Shown piece after piece: positions 63,201 to 64,000 of a stretch of 64,000 bases of DNA; within the stretch, counting starts at the first letter, position 1, and each line of letters begins with the position of its first letter. The DNA lies in assembly GCF_030028105.1 (NCBI RefSeq), contig NC_092398.1:25745649-25809648 (forward strand), read 5' to 3'. Below the pieces are notes generated by a model, which had not been told where the DNA came from, made no database searches, and worked only from the letters and a program-made list of their open reading frames with translations. A program made the position numbers and the translations under genes. This DNA comes from Mobula birostris. Its lineage: Eukaryota.

Positions 63201-64000
63201 TCTTCACCGACACCCTGCCTCTCTCTTATTTTTTTTAAACCCCCTCACCGCTATCTCAACGACAATCACGCCCGCACTCGAGTCCGTCCGCGGAGTTTTG
63301 TTATTTAAAATAAAATCGGAGTTTAGTGACGTCATCCAAACGGCGGTATATCTCCATCCGGCGGATGTGGGGCAGTTGGTGGAGTAGCGGAAGTGGGGCT
63401 GCATTTGCGGAGAGGGGCAGAGTTACCACAGGTGGTACTAGCGGGGCGGAAGCAGTTCTGATGATGCGCCCCTGACATGGTGACTGAGGGACTTGGTGTA
63501 GGATATGGTAGTCGTCCCGGGGCAGATAATTTTGTTTTAATCATCTTAGAGGCTTGCTCAACAATGTAACTTTCAGTAATAGAACCAAATGTGTTCCTTG
63601 GGGGAGATTCAAACAAGAGGACATGAGTTGAGAGTTAAAGGGCAAAAGTTTGGGGGTAACATGAGGGGGAACTTCTTTACTCAGAGAGTGGTAGCTGTGT
63701 GGAATGAGCTTCCAGCAGAAGTGGTTGAGGCAGGTTCGATGTTGTCATTTAAAGTTAAATCAGATAGATATATGGACAGGAAAGGAATGGAGGGTTATGG
63801 GCTGAGTGCAGGTCGGTGAGACTAGGTGAGAGTAAGAGTTCGGCACAGACTAGAAGGGCCGAGATGGCCTGTTTCCATGCTGTAATTGTTATATGGTTAT
63901 AACCCCACGGGGTTCGGGTTGGACGTGGCCTCAGGGGAGGCTGCATAATATGACATGTACCGGGGTCCAGTGAAAACCTCTGCCCATCATTTCATTAAAC

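Overview
Eukaryotic (vertebrate) genomic DNA, not prokaryotic. The repeat content (CR1, V-SINEs, Penelope, Rex1-like, RTE) suggests a cartilaginous fish, possibly a ray; this is inference. Four spliced protein-coding genes lie in tandem on the minus strand, and I reconstructed each by hand with GT-AG, phase-consistent exons: RENBP (GlcNAc 2-epimerase, 402 aa), a divergent FAM107-family gene (about 117 aa), FAM3A (229 aa) and RPL10 (214 aa). RPL10 hosts an intronic SNORA70 H/ACA snoRNA. The rest is transposon debris and GC-rich minisatellites, including an 8.4 kb array that abuts the RENBP promoter; the very long ORFs in the track are repeat or gap artefacts. The most notable signals are: (1) a dispersed family of Penelope-terminal and palindromic repeats carrying minimal type I hammerhead ribozyme motifs, with one copy fully intact at 17344-17381; (2) a FAM107 paralog next to FAM3A that mirrors the human FAM3D-FAM107A pair and may be a third ohnolog; (3) two RENBP splice donors fused directly to CR1 LINE sequence; (4) a partial exon duplication that creates a decoy acceptor in RENBP.
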